From an uncultured Spirochaetota bacterium (GTDB taxonomy: Bacteria; Spirochaetota; Spirochaetia; SZUA-6; Fen-1364), in the NCBI GenBank assembly GCA_963733835.1, contig CAVTER010000004.1, positions 43,102 to 107,101 of the forward strand: 64,000 nucleotides of DNA, given 5' to 3'. The notes below the pieces were generated by a model that was not told the DNA's origin, searched no databases, and saw nothing but the letters and a program-made list of their open reading frames with translations. Positions 23,291-32,579 of the stretch are shown here, in pieces; position 1 is the stretch's first letter; every line of letters begins with the position of its first letter. A program made the position numbers and the translations under genes.

Positions 23291-23704
23291 CTACCGGTCC
23301 GCGGGGCACACCATGCGGACGGTCGGGAAATTCCTCCTGATTCTCGCGGGGTCCCGTGTCAGCAGCACGAGTTTCGACACCGCCGCGTGCGCGCCGATGA
23401 AGAGGTCGGGCAGGGGGCTCGTGCGGGCCCCGCCCGCCCTGCGGTAGCCGCGGAAGACCTTTCCCGCGAGGAACAGGGCCTCCCGGGGCATGTCGCTCCA
23501 GGCCAGGCCGCTGCCGCGGAGCGCCGACTCCAGCTCCTCGATGCGGGAGAAGCGGATCGAGACTTCCGAGTACACGATGGGATCGAGGAACACCGTGCCG
23601 TCGGCGGCCGCCCTCTCGAGGGTGTCGAGCGACCACTGCATCCACCGGACATCGTTCGTGAAGACGTCGAGCAGCACGGATGAATCGACGAGGTATTCCG
23701 CCAC
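23291..23704 (-). CDS. vapC: PIN-domain toxin VapC
   Basis: A 137-aa ORF starting MAEYLVDSSVLLDVF with conserved acidic PIN residues. It is immediately downstream of, and overlapping, the antitoxin gene. Confidence 0.75.
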   Translation of the reverse strand: MAEYLVDSSVLLDVFTNDVRWMQWSLDTLERAAADGTVFLDPIVYSEVSIRFSRIEELESALRGSGLAWSDMPREALFLAGKVFRGYRRAGGARTSPLPDLFIGAHAAVSKLVLLTRDPARIRRNFPTVRMVCPADR

Positions 23705-23919
23705 TACCCGCCCCGCGTCAGCCGCAGGATCTGCTCGGTCGACATCGTCACGTCTCCCCGGCCGACCAGCCCGCGCAGGGGAGTGTCGGACCTGCGCAGC
23801 GCCCGCAGCACGATCCTCCCGTCCTCCTCGATGAACTCGACTTCGGCGTGCGCATCGATGCGGTACTTGCGCCGCAGGGCCTGGGGGATCGTGACCTGTC
23901 CCTTGATGGTGACTCGCAT
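23704..23919 (-). CDS. vapB: AbrB/SpoVT-type antitoxin VapB
   Basis: A 71-aa ORF (MRVTIKGQVTIPQALRRKYRID) with a swapped-hairpin AbrB/MazE-like N-terminus. Confidence 0.7.
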   Translation of the reverse strand: MRVTIKGQVTIPQALRRKYRIDAHAEVEFIEEDGRIVLRALRRSDTPLRGLVGRGDVTMSTEQILRLTRGG

Positions 23920-24065
23920 GGTAATACCCTTACAGTAATACTGCCCCCACTGCCCCGCCGGTCAACCTCCCGCCTCCAATGAACGGGGCGAATCGGCGCC
24001 GGCATTGCCGTTGCGCGCGGGGAGCCTTCGGCCTACACTGCCGCCCGGGGGGGAGGAAAGCCCGC

Positions 24066-24707
24066 ATGCCGTACACCTACCAGATCGCCACCAGCGCGTC
24101 GCAGGACCGCCTGGAGAAGCTGATCGCCGAACGCCTGGCGCCCGGCGCGGACAGGGAGAGGATCGACGCCCGGATCTGGGACCTCTTCGGCGAGACGTGG
24201 GCCGTCATGTTCACGGACCTTTCGGGCTTCTCGCGCGGGGTCGCCGAGTTCGGCATCATCCACTTCCTGCAGGTCATCTTCGAGAGCCAGCGCATCCTGG
24301 TTCCCTGCATCGACAGGCACGACGGGATACTGTTGAAGAGCGAGGGCGACAGCCTCCTGGTGATCTTCCGCTCGGTGCGAAAGGCGCTGGAGTGCAGCCT
24401 CGCCATGCAGCGCGCGGCGCGGGACTACAACAGGGGCAGGACAGAGGCGGAGCAGATCCTGCTGTGCATCGGGCTGGGCTTCGGCCAGGTGCTGCGCATC
24501 GGCGACCACGACGTGTTCGGTGCCGAGGTGAATGCCGCGGCAAAGCTGGGCGAGGACACGGCAAAGGCATGGGAGATCCTCGTCACGGGCGCGGTGGCCG
24601 AGGGGGGACGGGGAGTCTCGGGGGTGTCGTTCAGTCCGATCCAGACCGTGCCGCCCGGGGCCGAGCGCGCGTTCCGCGCGGTGTACTCGCTGGAACGCAT
24701 GCCCTGA
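24066..24707 (+). CDS. Minimal stand-alone class III nucleotidyl cyclase domain protein (about 213 aa, no sensor or membrane domain)
   Basis: MPYTYQ...AVMFTDLSGFS...SEGDSLLVIF...GIGLGFGQVL...FGAEVNAAAKL are cyclase catalytic-core motifs. An RBS (GGGAGGAAAG) lies upstream. Confidence 0.65.
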   Translation: MPYTYQIATSASQDRLEKLIAERLAPGADRERIDARIWDLFGETWAVMFTDLSGFSRGVAEFGIIHFLQVIFESQRILVPCIDRHDGILLKSEGDSLLVIFRSVRKALECSLAMQRAARDYNRGRTEAEQILLCIGLGFGQVLRIGDHDVFGAEVNAAAKLGEDTAKAWEILVTGAVAEGGRGVSGVSFSPIQTVPPGAERAFRAVYSLERMP

Positions 24708-25056
24708 GCCGGAAGGCGACGATCCGCCGCACCAGGGCCAGGGGGATGGGCTTCTCGTACGGGAACTGCACGGTTCCCTTCGACGTGACGAAGCGGGAGA
24801 GCTGGTCCTTGAACGCGACGACCGCTTCCACGCCCGGGTAGAGGCCCACGTGCTTCGCGTGTCCCGCGAAGTAGACGAGAATCCTGTTCTGCCAGTAGCC
24901 CGGCATGCCGTAGCTGATCTTCTCCACGGCGTCGGGCGCGGCGGCCCGGATGGCGGCCCGCAGCTGTTTCAGGATCCGCCGCACCTCGGGCGGGAAACCC
25001 GCGATGTACTGGTCGACCGTCTTCGCGGTCCTGCCGCCCATCCCGCTCTCGCTCAT
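24631..25056 (-). CDS. DUF1801 (YdhG-like) domain protein
   Basis: MSESGMGGRTAKTVDQYIAGFPPEVRRILKQLRAAI...GYWQNRILVYFAGHAKHVGLYPG. Its 3' end overlaps the cyclase gene. Confidence 0.6.
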   Translation of the reverse strand: MSESGMGGRTAKTVDQYIAGFPPEVRRILKQLRAAIRAAAPDAVEKISYGMPGYWQNRILVYFAGHAKHVGLYPGVEAVVAFKDQLSRFVTSKGTVQFPYEKPIPLALVRRIVAFRLRACVPASTPRGTRARPRAARSGSD

Positions 25057-25952
25057 AACGCCTCCACCCGACCTTCCCAGCCCGCCGCGCCCGACGCCGC
25101 CTGCTCGAGAAGGATGCCGGCCCCGGGCATTGCCCCGGTCGCCGTGAGCACCCACGCCGTGGCCAGGCACCTGGTGTCCGCGAGGATCGCCTCGGCCGCC
25201 TCGGGCGGCACCACCTTCCCGCACACGCTCTCGACCCGGGGGTCGTACGGGTCCTGGAAGTGGCCGTGCAGGGCACTGCTCACGCGCAGCGCCCGCACAG
25301 TCTCGCGCGCGGGGATGGCAGGGAGCATGCTGTTCTTCGCGTTGCAGGGGCCCGGCTCGCCGAGGAGGAACAGGGCAGGCACGCGAAAGCCGTCCCTGGC
25401 TGCGACGGCGAGGCCGCCGGTATCCACCGCGTCGAGGCCGAGGTACGCGATTGCGTGGGGATCGCGGACACAGGCGAGGTAGGCGGCAAGGCCGCCTGCC
25501 GAAAAGCCCGCGTACAGCACGGGGCCGTCGTGCAGCGCGCGTGAGAGGGCGACCATGTCCTCGGCGTTCCTGTCGTGCCTGCCGTTGAATGGAGTGGAGT
25601 TGCAGAAGCTGAGGACAGCCGTCGGCACGCCGAACGAGGCCCACCGCTCGGCCCACCCCCGCATCCACGACAGGTTGCTCGCGAAGCCATGCCCGAGGAC
25701 AACGAGGGTGTCGGTCCGCGGCTCCGCCGGCCTGTAGACTTCGAAGGCGACCGTGCACCCGAAGGCGCCCGTCCTGCTGCCCTTTTCCACGGTGACGGGG
25801 ACCGCACCCCTGCCCGCGAGGAGCACCTCCATGTCCGTGCGCGCGGGCGCCGGGTCGGGGAGGGTCACGCGGGTCGTGGATGCGCAGGAGGCGAGAAGCA
25901 GTGCTGCAACAGCAAGGGCAGGAGGCAGGGCGCGACGCGGAAGAGTTCCCAT
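25053..25952 (-). CDS. Alpha/beta-hydrolase lipoprotein (dienelactone-hydrolase/esterase-like)
   Basis: It has a signal peptide and lipobox (LLASCAS) and a GFSAGG nucleophile elbow. The 299-aa ORF is intact. Confidence 0.7.
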   Translation of the reverse strand: MGTLPRRALPPALAVAALLLASCASTTRVTLPDPAPARTDMEVLLAGRGAVPVTVEKGSRTGAFGCTVAFEVYRPAEPRTDTLVVLGHGFASNLSWMRGWAERWASFGVPTAVLSFCNSTPFNGRHDRNAEDMVALSRALHDGPVLYAGFSAGGLAAYLACVRDPHAIAYLGLDAVDTGGLAVAARDGFRVPALFLLGEPGPCNAKNSMLPAIPARETVRALRVSSALHGHFQDPYDPRVESVCGKVVPPEAAEAILADTRCLATAWVLTATGAMPGAGILLEQAASGAAGWEGRVEAL

Positions 25953-26022
25953 GCCGCAAATCTACTGGCAGTGGACTGCCCGGGTCCACTGCCAGCAGAG
26001 TCGTGCCGGAGAGGAACCGCTG

Positions 26023-26178
26023 CTACTTCTTTTTCTCGGACTTGCTCTTGCGCTTGAGGTCCGCGCCGTGGGCGCGCTTGTAGGTCTGGATGTCCTTGAA
26101 CCGGCCCTTGCTGTCGCGCACCGCGTAGAGCTTCGTTCCCGAGGAGCTTCTGTGCGTGGTCCGTTTCGCTTTCGCCAT
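26023..26178 (-). CDS. Small (51 aa) lysine/arginine-rich hypothetical protein
   Basis: ATG start after a strong RBS (GGGAGGAGAGGGGA): MAKAKRTTHRSSSGTKLYAVRDSKGRFKDIQTYKRAHGADLKRKSKSEKKK. It falls below the 60-aa ORF track cutoff. A leader hairpin lies upstream. Confidence 0.45.
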   Translation of the reverse strand: MAKAKRTTHRSSSGTKLYAVRDSKGRFKDIQTYKRAHGADLKRKSKSEKKK

Positions 26179-26309
26179 TCCCCTCTCCTCCCACCCTCAA
26201 GGTTTCGTGCACGCGCGTGCGTGCATCCCGCGTCGGGACAGCAACAGTATATGCCGAGGCCCGCGCGCTGTCCATCAGAGCGGGAGAGTCGAGCCGGTCG
26301 AGCGCCCTC

Positions 26310-27446
26310 TCAGTACACGAACGCCGCGCCGGCGAGGAAGGAGAGCCCGCCGCGGCGGTTCGACGCCCAGCTGTCGGTGTCGTCGCCGAGTGCGACGCTG
26401 GCCATCGCAACAAGGGAGAGCCCGGTGTGCAGGCTCACGCTCACGCCGGGCACGATCACCGCGCTGCCGTCCACCGGCGAGACCAGCGCGCGGGCGCTCA
26501 CCGTGACGCGGGAGTCGACGGCAAGGGAGGCCTCCGGGTACAGCAGCAGGCCGTAGACAGGTGCCGGAGGAAATGGGGCATCCGATTCCTGCCACTCGCC
26601 CGCGGGGGCACAGAGGGCCTCCATGCGAAGCGACAGTGTCGCGCGCGGGCCGAGGCGCTGGAGGTGAAACACACCGGCGCTCAGGCGAAGGGTGTCCTGC
26701 AGGTCCTCCAGGCGCGGGGAGGTGGAGGGGACGGCCGTGCCTGCCGACAGGTGCCAGTCGACGAACAGGTTTCCCTGGAGCGAGACCGCGGCCTGGTGCA
26801 TCCCCGTCTCCCCCCGGTAGAGGTAGTCCGCCTCCACCTTGGTGCCCGCCAGCCTGCCGACAAGCCGCCCGCCCGCGGCGGCCGAGGTCACGTCGGGAAG
26901 AGGGGAAGAGGGGTTGGCGATGAACGCCGCCACGTCGATGCCCGGCGGCAGCGCCACCGCCTCGGCAAAGCTGAACCTGCCCAGGGGCACGTACAGCGCG
27001 GCAAGCCACGAGGAGTCATCGCGCAGCACGTCTCCTGTCAGGTCGAGGCCTGCCGCGGAGGAGCTGCCGTACAGGAGGTCAGCGGCGTTGAACGCCACGC
27101 CCTCTCCCCAGGAGAGCCGGGCCTTCCCGAGGGTGAGCCGCACGCCGGACGGCGCATCGCCGCCGGGGAATCGCACGGCGACGAGGGCCCGGGCGATCGA
27201 CGCGGAGACGCCTTCGCCCAGGAGACCGTCCAGGGCGAGCTCGGCCTTCACGTTCTCCGACTGGGAGGACAGGCTGACACGGGCGGTCCCGAGGGAGAAG
27301 AAGGCCCAGTCCGACGATGCCTCTCGCGTGAGAGTCTCGAGCACGCGGAGCCGCACGCCGAGGTCGACGTCGGCTGCCGCGGAGACGGCCGCTGCCAGGC
27401 CGGCGCAGGCCGCGAGGAGCGCACGGGCCGCGCGGCGGCCTACCAC
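26310..27446 (-). CDS. Outer-membrane beta-barrel protein (hypothetical) with signal peptide
   Basis: A 378-aa ORF with an Ala-rich signal peptide, alternating amphipathic beta-strand pattern and a C-terminal F-V-Y outer-membrane insertion motif. It is the last gene of the minus-strand operon. Confidence 0.6.
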   Translation of the reverse strand: MVGRRAARALLAACAGLAAAVSAAADVDLGVRLRVLETLTREASSDWAFFSLGTARVSLSSQSENVKAELALDGLLGEGVSASIARALVAVRFPGGDAPSGVRLTLGKARLSWGEGVAFNAADLLYGSSSAAGLDLTGDVLRDDSSWLAALYVPLGRFSFAEAVALPPGIDVAAFIANPSSPLPDVTSAAAGGRLVGRLAGTKVEADYLYRGETGMHQAAVSLQGNLFVDWHLSAGTAVPSTSPRLEDLQDTLRLSAGVFHLQRLGPRATLSLRMEALCAPAGEWQESDAPFPPAPVYGLLLYPEASLAVDSRVTVSARALVSPVDGSAVIVPGVSVSLHTGLSLVAMASVALGDDTDSWASNRRGGLSFLAGAAFVY

Positions 27447-28243
27447 GTCAACCTCTCCAGGGAGAAGAGCGCGGGGTCGAGGGCGAGGCCGATCGCGATG
27501 TCCTCGACGACGAACTCGGTCACTGAGCCCTTCTTCAGCTTGTCTTCAAGAACGACGCGCATCGGGATCGTGCGCCCGCTCACCTGGCGGAAGCCGGACA
27601 TGCGCGACTCCTTGAGCAGCCGACCCGAGAGCGAGAACTGCTGCATCCTGCGGGGGCTCCACGCCTGCGGGTCGATCCAGGCCAGTTGCCGGGGGTAGGC
27701 CACGTTCCTGCCCCTTGCTTTCATGGCGATGCGCCAGCAGTCGACCCCGTCCACCGCCTCGCTGCCCTCCAGGGTCACCTCGTACAGCTCGAGGATGTTC
27801 CGTCCCCCGGTCAGGTCTTCGTAGGACATGTCGGAGCCGAGGACAGCGTCGCGGAAGGCGGCGCCCTGCAGCCGGATCAGCTCCTCGGCCCCGGGGTAGA
27901 AGAGGTAGATCTCGTCGCGGGTGCGCAGGATCTTCTGGCCCTTCTCCTCGGCGCTGGTGAACTCGATGAGCGCATCGCCGGCTCCGCGGCTGTACGAGAG
28001 GAAGGTGGTGACCCGGGTGCCGAACCTGTCGGTCACCGTCATCCTGCCCCGCGTGCGCGAGGTGTCGTACACCTGGTTGGCCTGCATCCTGCGCACGATA
28101 TCCTCGGCGCTCCTGGCGCCCTCGGCGCTCCTGGCGCCCTCGGCGCTCCTGGCGTCCTGGGCGCAGGCGGCAGCCGCTGCCAGGGCCAGGAGCGCGGCCG
28201 CAAAGGCGGGGCGTGTCCATAGACGCATGGGAACCTCCCTCAT
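27440..28243 (-). CDS. LolA-like / outer-membrane lipoprotein-sorting-protein-family periplasmic protein, with a 3x tandem AEGARS repeat after the signal peptide
   Basis: MRLWTRPAFAAALLALAAAAACAQDARSAEGARSAEGARSAEDIV... and a LolA-like beta-barrel region (GRMTVTD...IEFTSAEEKGQKILRTRDEIYLFYPG). Its start overlaps the stop of the upstream permease (ATGA). Confidence 0.6.
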   Translation of the reverse strand: MREVPMRLWTRPAFAAALLALAAAAACAQDARSAEGARSAEGARSAEDIVRRMQANQVYDTSRTRGRMTVTDRFGTRVTTFLSYSRGAGDALIEFTSAEEKGQKILRTRDEIYLFYPGAEELIRLQGAAFRDAVLGSDMSYEDLTGGRNILELYEVTLEGSEAVDGVDCWRIAMKARGRNVAYPRQLAWIDPQAWSPRRMQQFSLSGRLLKESRMSGFRQVSGRTIPMRVVLEDKLKKGSVTEFVVEDIAIGLALDPALFSLERLTW

Positions 28244-29472
28244 ATCGCGCGCAGCGCCTCGACGGGCTGGATGCGCGCGGCCCGCCGGGCAGGCAGGAGC
28301 GCGGCCAGGCACGAGACGGCGATCGCGTAGATGAAGATCAGCACGGTGGTGAGCAGTCGGGGCCGCGCGAAGATGACCCCCGAGACCTCGATGCTCGTGC
28401 CCTGCGTGGCAGAGCTCATGTCGATGCCGAGGACCTGCATCGGGATGGAGAGGAGGAGCCCCAGGACGACCCCGGCCGCGGCCCCGAGGACCGCGAGGGC
28501 GAGGGCCTCGAGGAAGAACATCCGCACGATCTCCCTGCCCGTCATGCCCAGCGCGCCGACGGTGCCGATCTCGCGGGTGCGCTCGAAGACGACCATCATC
28601 GTGGTGTTCACCAGGACCGTGCTGGCAAGGATGAAGAAGATCAGCCCGATGACGAAGTACAGGCCCTCTGCCATCTGGAAGAAGGCCAGGAACATGCTCG
28701 CCTCGGTCCACGTCCGCGCGCGCAGGTCGGCCCAGCCCCCTTCGGCGAGGATGCGCTCGACGGACACGCGCACTGTCGGGATCTCCCTTTCGCTCCGCGC
28801 CGTGACGAGCACCTCGGTGACGCCGCCGTCGGTGCGCGCCAGGGCAACGGCCCTGTCCAGAGGGATGAAGAGGGACGACCCGTCCATCGAGGCGACGGGC
28901 ATCTCCACCAGGCCGACAACCTGGAAGGTCATGGCATTCGAGGAGCGGCGCATGGTCGTGGAAAGCAGGGTGAGGCGATCGCCCCTCTTCGCGCCAAGCG
29001 AGGCGGCGAGCCCCGTTCCCAGCACGGCCTCGTCTGCCCCCGGGGCGGGCAGCCTGCCCTCGCGCAGCAGCCGCTCCAGGTGCATGAAAGCGCGCTCCCG
29101 CTCGACATCGATCCCGACCGCCCTCGCGCCGGAGGTTTCCTGTCCCCGGAAGATCGCCACGGGGAGCGCAAGCCGCGCCGTTGCCGCTGCCACGCCCGGC
29201 TCGGCTTCCAGTCGGGCGATGAGCTCGCCGGGCCGCTCGACGCGGAGGTGCAGCGGGTTCAGCCTCTCGTGGCGTTCCCACTGCCCGTGGCGCACCTGCA
29301 CGTGTCCCGTGACAAAGTCCCTCACGTTGGCCTGCATGTCCAGGCGCATGCCGTTGATGTACCCGGCCAACGCCACCATGCTCATGGTGGCGACGGCGGT
29401 TGCCACGGCGGAGAGGATGCTCCGCCGCCTGTTCCTCCCGATGTTGCGGATTGCGATGCGCGCAAGCTTCAC
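28240..29472 (-). CDS. ABC transporter permease, FtsX/MacB/LolCE family (four TM plus large periplasmic domain)
   Basis: MKLARIAIRNIGRNRRRSILS is a typical MacB/LolC N-terminus. A periplasmic domain of about 230 aa is followed by a C-terminal FtsX three-TM bundle (ERTREIGTVGALGMT). Confidence 0.8.
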   Translation of the reverse strand: MKLARIAIRNIGRNRRRSILSAVATAVATMSMVALAGYINGMRLDMQANVRDFVTGHVQVRHGQWERHERLNPLHLRVERPGELIARLEAEPGVAAATARLALPVAIFRGQETSGARAVGIDVERERAFMHLERLLREGRLPAPGADEAVLGTGLAASLGAKRGDRLTLLSTTMRRSSNAMTFQVVGLVEMPVASMDGSSLFIPLDRAVALARTDGGVTEVLVTARSEREIPTVRVSVERILAEGGWADLRARTWTEASMFLAFFQMAEGLYFVIGLIFFILASTVLVNTTMMVVFERTREIGTVGALGMTGREIVRMFFLEALALAVLGAAAGVVLGLLLSIPMQVLGIDMSSATQGTSIEVSGVIFARPRLLTTVLIFIYAIAVSCLAALLPARRAARIQPVEALRAI

Positions 29473-29493
29473 TGCAGATTCCCTCCCGGTCGC

Positions 29494-30741
29494 TCAGCCG
29501 CGGCGCAGGCAGTCCGTGATGGACATGCGAAGCGCGCGGCGCACGGGGAACACCGCCACGGCTACGCAGGCGAGGATGCCCACGGCCAGGCCGGCCACGA
29601 ACACCTGAGGATTCCACGCGGAGCGCATGACCCCCGAGACCCTGTAGCCGATGTCCATCGTGCGCATGTCGAGCAGCCTCGAGAAGTCGATGCCCCATCG
29701 GACCATGGCCGCGTTCACGGCGGCGCCGACCGCCACGCCGGCCGCCGACCCCACAGCCCCGATGCCCGCCGCCTCCAGCAGGAAGACCCGGCGGATTTCG
29801 CGGTCGCGCATGCCCATGGCACGCATCATTCCCAGCTCCCGCACGCGCTCAGAGATGGTCATGAGCATCGTGTTCGAGACCCCGACGGCCGCGATGACGA
29901 ACACGAGGAGCAGGATGATGGTCGAGCCGCCCTTCTTGGCGGAGGAGATGCCCAGGTAGTCGGCGGACAGGTCCTTCCAGCTGGCGACGTGCAGCCCGGC
30001 AAACCCGGCGAGCGCCGGCAGCACGGTGCCCGCGGTGACCGCCTCGGCCCGGCGGTAGTCCCGGTAGCGCAGGTCGATCTCGGTCACGCTGCCGTCCATC
30101 TCCATGAGCGCGTCGGCGGTGTCCAGCGGCATGAACACGGTGCCCTTGTTGACCGCGGGGTTGGGGCAGTCGATGATGCCGACCACGTCGAGGTCGAGCA
30201 CCTGGCGGAAACCCGTGCGCGTCCTGGCCGCGATCGTGAGCAGGTCTCCCACCGACAGTCCCAGGTCCTCGGCGAGCCACCGGCCCAGCAGGGCCCCCTC
30301 TTCCCCGCCCGCGAGCGGGCGGCCCTCGGTCACCGTGGATCGAAGGGCGAACACGTCGTCGTCGCGCGCCGGGTCGATCGCGATCACCCGCACGGGCATG
30401 GACCCTTCCTCGACGACCGCTTCCCCGGCGAAGACGGTGCGCGCGGCAGCGGCGATGCCTGCCCCGCGCAGCGCGGCAAGCACGGGCTCGGGGCGCTCGA
30501 TCGCGCCGGAGAGGGGCAGGCGCTGCCGCTCCTGCCAGTACTCCCGGGTGACCACGCGCGAGGAGCCGGTCTCGTACAGGACGAGGTTGCGTTCGCTCTC
30601 GGTCTCGGCTCCCTTCAGCCACCCGTCCATGAAGATGTACACGGCGAGGCCGAAGGCGATCGCCGAGGCCGTGATGATCGTGCGCTTCCTGTAGCGCGAG
30701 AGGTTCTTCCAGGCGAGGCCCGCGAGGAACACGGCTGTCAC
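29494..30741 (-). CDS. ABC transporter permease, FtsX/MacB/LolCE family (second paralog)
   Basis: A GTG start (VTAVFLAGLAWKNLSRYRKRT) after a GAGGAGG RBS. The C-terminal FtsX domain has ERVRELGMMRAMGM. Its start overlaps the ATPase stop (GTGA). Confidence 0.8.
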   Translation of the reverse strand: MTAVFLAGLAWKNLSRYRKRTIITASAIAFGLAVYIFMDGWLKGAETESERNLVLYETGSSRVVTREYWQERQRLPLSGAIERPEPVLAALRGAGIAAAARTVFAGEAVVEEGSMPVRVIAIDPARDDDVFALRSTVTEGRPLAGGEEGALLGRWLAEDLGLSVGDLLTIAARTRTGFRQVLDLDVVGIIDCPNPAVNKGTVFMPLDTADALMEMDGSVTEIDLRYRDYRRAEAVTAGTVLPALAGFAGLHVASWKDLSADYLGISSAKKGGSTIILLLVFVIAAVGVSNTMLMTISERVRELGMMRAMGMRDREIRRVFLLEAAGIGAVGSAAGVAVGAAVNAAMVRWGIDFSRLLDMRTMDIGYRVSGVMRSAWNPQVFVAGLAVGILACVAVAVFPVRRALRMSITDCLRRG

Positions 30742-31442
30742 CTCCTCTCGTCGGAGGCCACGGCCCCGTCGTGCAGGCGCACGAGCCTGCGCGCGAAGCC
30801 CATCACCATCGGGTCGTGGGTGGAGAAGACGAATGTTGTGCGGTGCCTCGCGTTCATCGAGGCCATGAGCTCCAGGATGGCCCTGCCCGTGTCGGAGTCG
30901 AGGTTCGCCGTGGGCTCGTCGGCCAGCACGATGGACGGCTCCTTCACCAGGGCGCGCGCCACGGCCACGCGCTGCTGCTGGCCGCCGGACAGGCGCGCGG
31001 GCAGCCGGTCCTCCATGCCCCCGAGACCCACCTCGGCGAGGATGGCGGTTGTGCGCTCGCGCATGTCCCGCTCGCCCACGCCGAGAAGCGACAGGGCGAA
31101 GGAGACGTTCTCGAACGCGCTCAGCACGGGGATGAGGTTGAAGGTCTGGAAGACGAAGCCGAGGTGCCTGCGTCGGAACATCGCCAGCTCGTCGCGGCCC
31201 ATGGCGGAGACGTCCTGGCCGTCGATCTCGATGCGGCCCGTGTCGGCCCTGTCGATGCACCCGATGAGGTTCAGCAGCGTCGTCTTCCCCGAGCCGGACG
31301 GCCCGGCGATGCTCATGAACTCGCCCTTCTCGACAAGGAGCGAGACCCCCCGAAGCGCGCGCACGCCGGCCTCGCCGCCGCTGTAGGTCCTGCTCACGTC
31401 CTGCACGCTGATCAGCGCGCGCGACTTCCCGGTGTCGCTCAC
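30738..31442 (-). CDS. ABC transporter ATP-binding protein (LolD/MacB-NBD-like)
   Basis: A GTG start (VSDTGKSRALISVQDV), Walker A GPSGSGKTT, the signature LSGGQQQRVAVARAL, Walker B LADEPTANLD and the H-loop STHD. Confidence 0.85.
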   Translation of the reverse strand: MSDTGKSRALISVQDVSRTYSGGEAGVRALRGVSLLVEKGEFMSIAGPSGSGKTTLLNLIGCIDRADTGRIEIDGQDVSAMGRDELAMFRRRHLGFVFQTFNLIPVLSAFENVSFALSLLGVGERDMRERTTAILAEVGLGGMEDRLPARLSGGQQQRVAVARALVKEPSIVLADEPTANLDSDTGRAILELMASMNARHRTTFVFSTHDPMVMGFARRLVRLHDGAVASDERR

Positions 31443-32575
31443 TGCCGTGCCCCTCCATCCGCGGCCCCGCCGCCCGCCCCCTGTGTGCCCTGCTCCCCGC
31501 CTCCCGGGACTGTCGTGCGCTCCAGGGCGGCTCCCGCCATGACCGTGCCGAGGTTCATGCCGTCCAGGGCGCTGGAGGGAACGAGGATCATGGCGCCTTT
31601 CTGGCGCAGGCCCTCGTAGACCATGTTCATGGCGCGGAGGTTGAGGGCGGTGGGGTTGCCCTGGTAGCGTGCCGAGGCCTGCTCGAACTTCTCGGCGATC
31701 TCGACCTCGGCGGCCCCGAGGATCACGCGCGCCTGCTTCTCGCGTTCCGCCTGGGCCACCCGGCTCATCGCGTCCTCGAGGCCCTGCGGGAGGATGATGT
31801 CGGTGAACTCGACCGACAGGATGCTGATGCCCCACGGGTTTGTCTTGGCATCGAGGATGCCCTGGATCTCGCGGCACAGCGTGTCGCGCTGCGCCAGGAG
31901 CGTCGTGAGATCGTAGCGGCCGATCGAGTCGCGCAGGGCGGCCTGGGCCGAGAGCGTCACGGCCTCCGTGAAGTTCTCCACCTCGACAACGGACTTCTCC
32001 GCGTCCCAGATCATCCAGAAGGCGTGGGCGTCCACGTCGACGGGGACCGTGTCGCGCGTGAGCGTCTTCTCGGCAGTGAAATCGGTCGCCCGGATGCGCG
32101 TGTCGACGAAGCGCGCCACCCTGTCGGCCACGGGTACGAGGAAGAACAGGCCCGGCCCGCGAACCCTGTGGAACCGTCCCAGCCGCAGCACGACGGCCTT
32201 GTCCCACTGCGACACCATCTGCACGGACGGGGAGGCGAGCAGTCCCGCGGCGACGAGCGCCGCCAGGGGCAGGGAGCCCACCTGCGGGATGGCTGCCCAG
32301 GCCGCCCACAGCACGAGCTCGAGGGCGATCACGGTCGCCCATGTCGGCAGCGCCGCAAGCACGGCGGCCGCCGCCAGCAGCCCGGCGAATGTGTACAGCA
32401 GGTCCGGGGCCGGCAGGGCCCCCCGCAGCAGCTCGACGATCATCCCCGCTGACCCCAGGAGGAGCAGCACGATGAACGACAGCACGCCGAAGAGGAAGTC
32501 CCGCGGCACGGTCTTCTTCGCGATGCTGCGGATCCTCTGGCGTTTCTTCTCGATGATGCCCATGAGTCCTCCCAT
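31439..32575 (-). CDS. SPFH/band-7 (stomatin/prohibitin-like) membrane protein
   Basis: An N-terminal multi-TM region is followed by the band-7 core (VVLRLGRFHRVRGPGLFFLVPVADR...TRD...AEKFEQAS). Its stop overlaps the ATPase start. Confidence 0.75.
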   Translation of the reverse strand: MGGLMGIIEKKRQRIRSIAKKTVPRDFLFGVLSFIVLLLLGSAGMIVELLRGALPAPDLLYTFAGLLAAAAVLAALPTWATVIALELVLWAAWAAIPQVGSLPLAALVAAGLLASPSVQMVSQWDKAVVLRLGRFHRVRGPGLFFLVPVADRVARFVDTRIRATDFTAEKTLTRDTVPVDVDAHAFWMIWDAEKSVVEVENFTEAVTLSAQAALRDSIGRYDLTTLLAQRDTLCREIQGILDAKTNPWGISILSVEFTDIILPQGLEDAMSRVAQAEREKQARVILGAAEVEIAEKFEQASARYQGNPTALNLRAMNMVYEGLRQKGAMILVPSSALDGMNLGTVMAGAALERTTVPGGGEQGTQGAGGGAADGGARQ

Positions 32576-32579
32576 TCCC

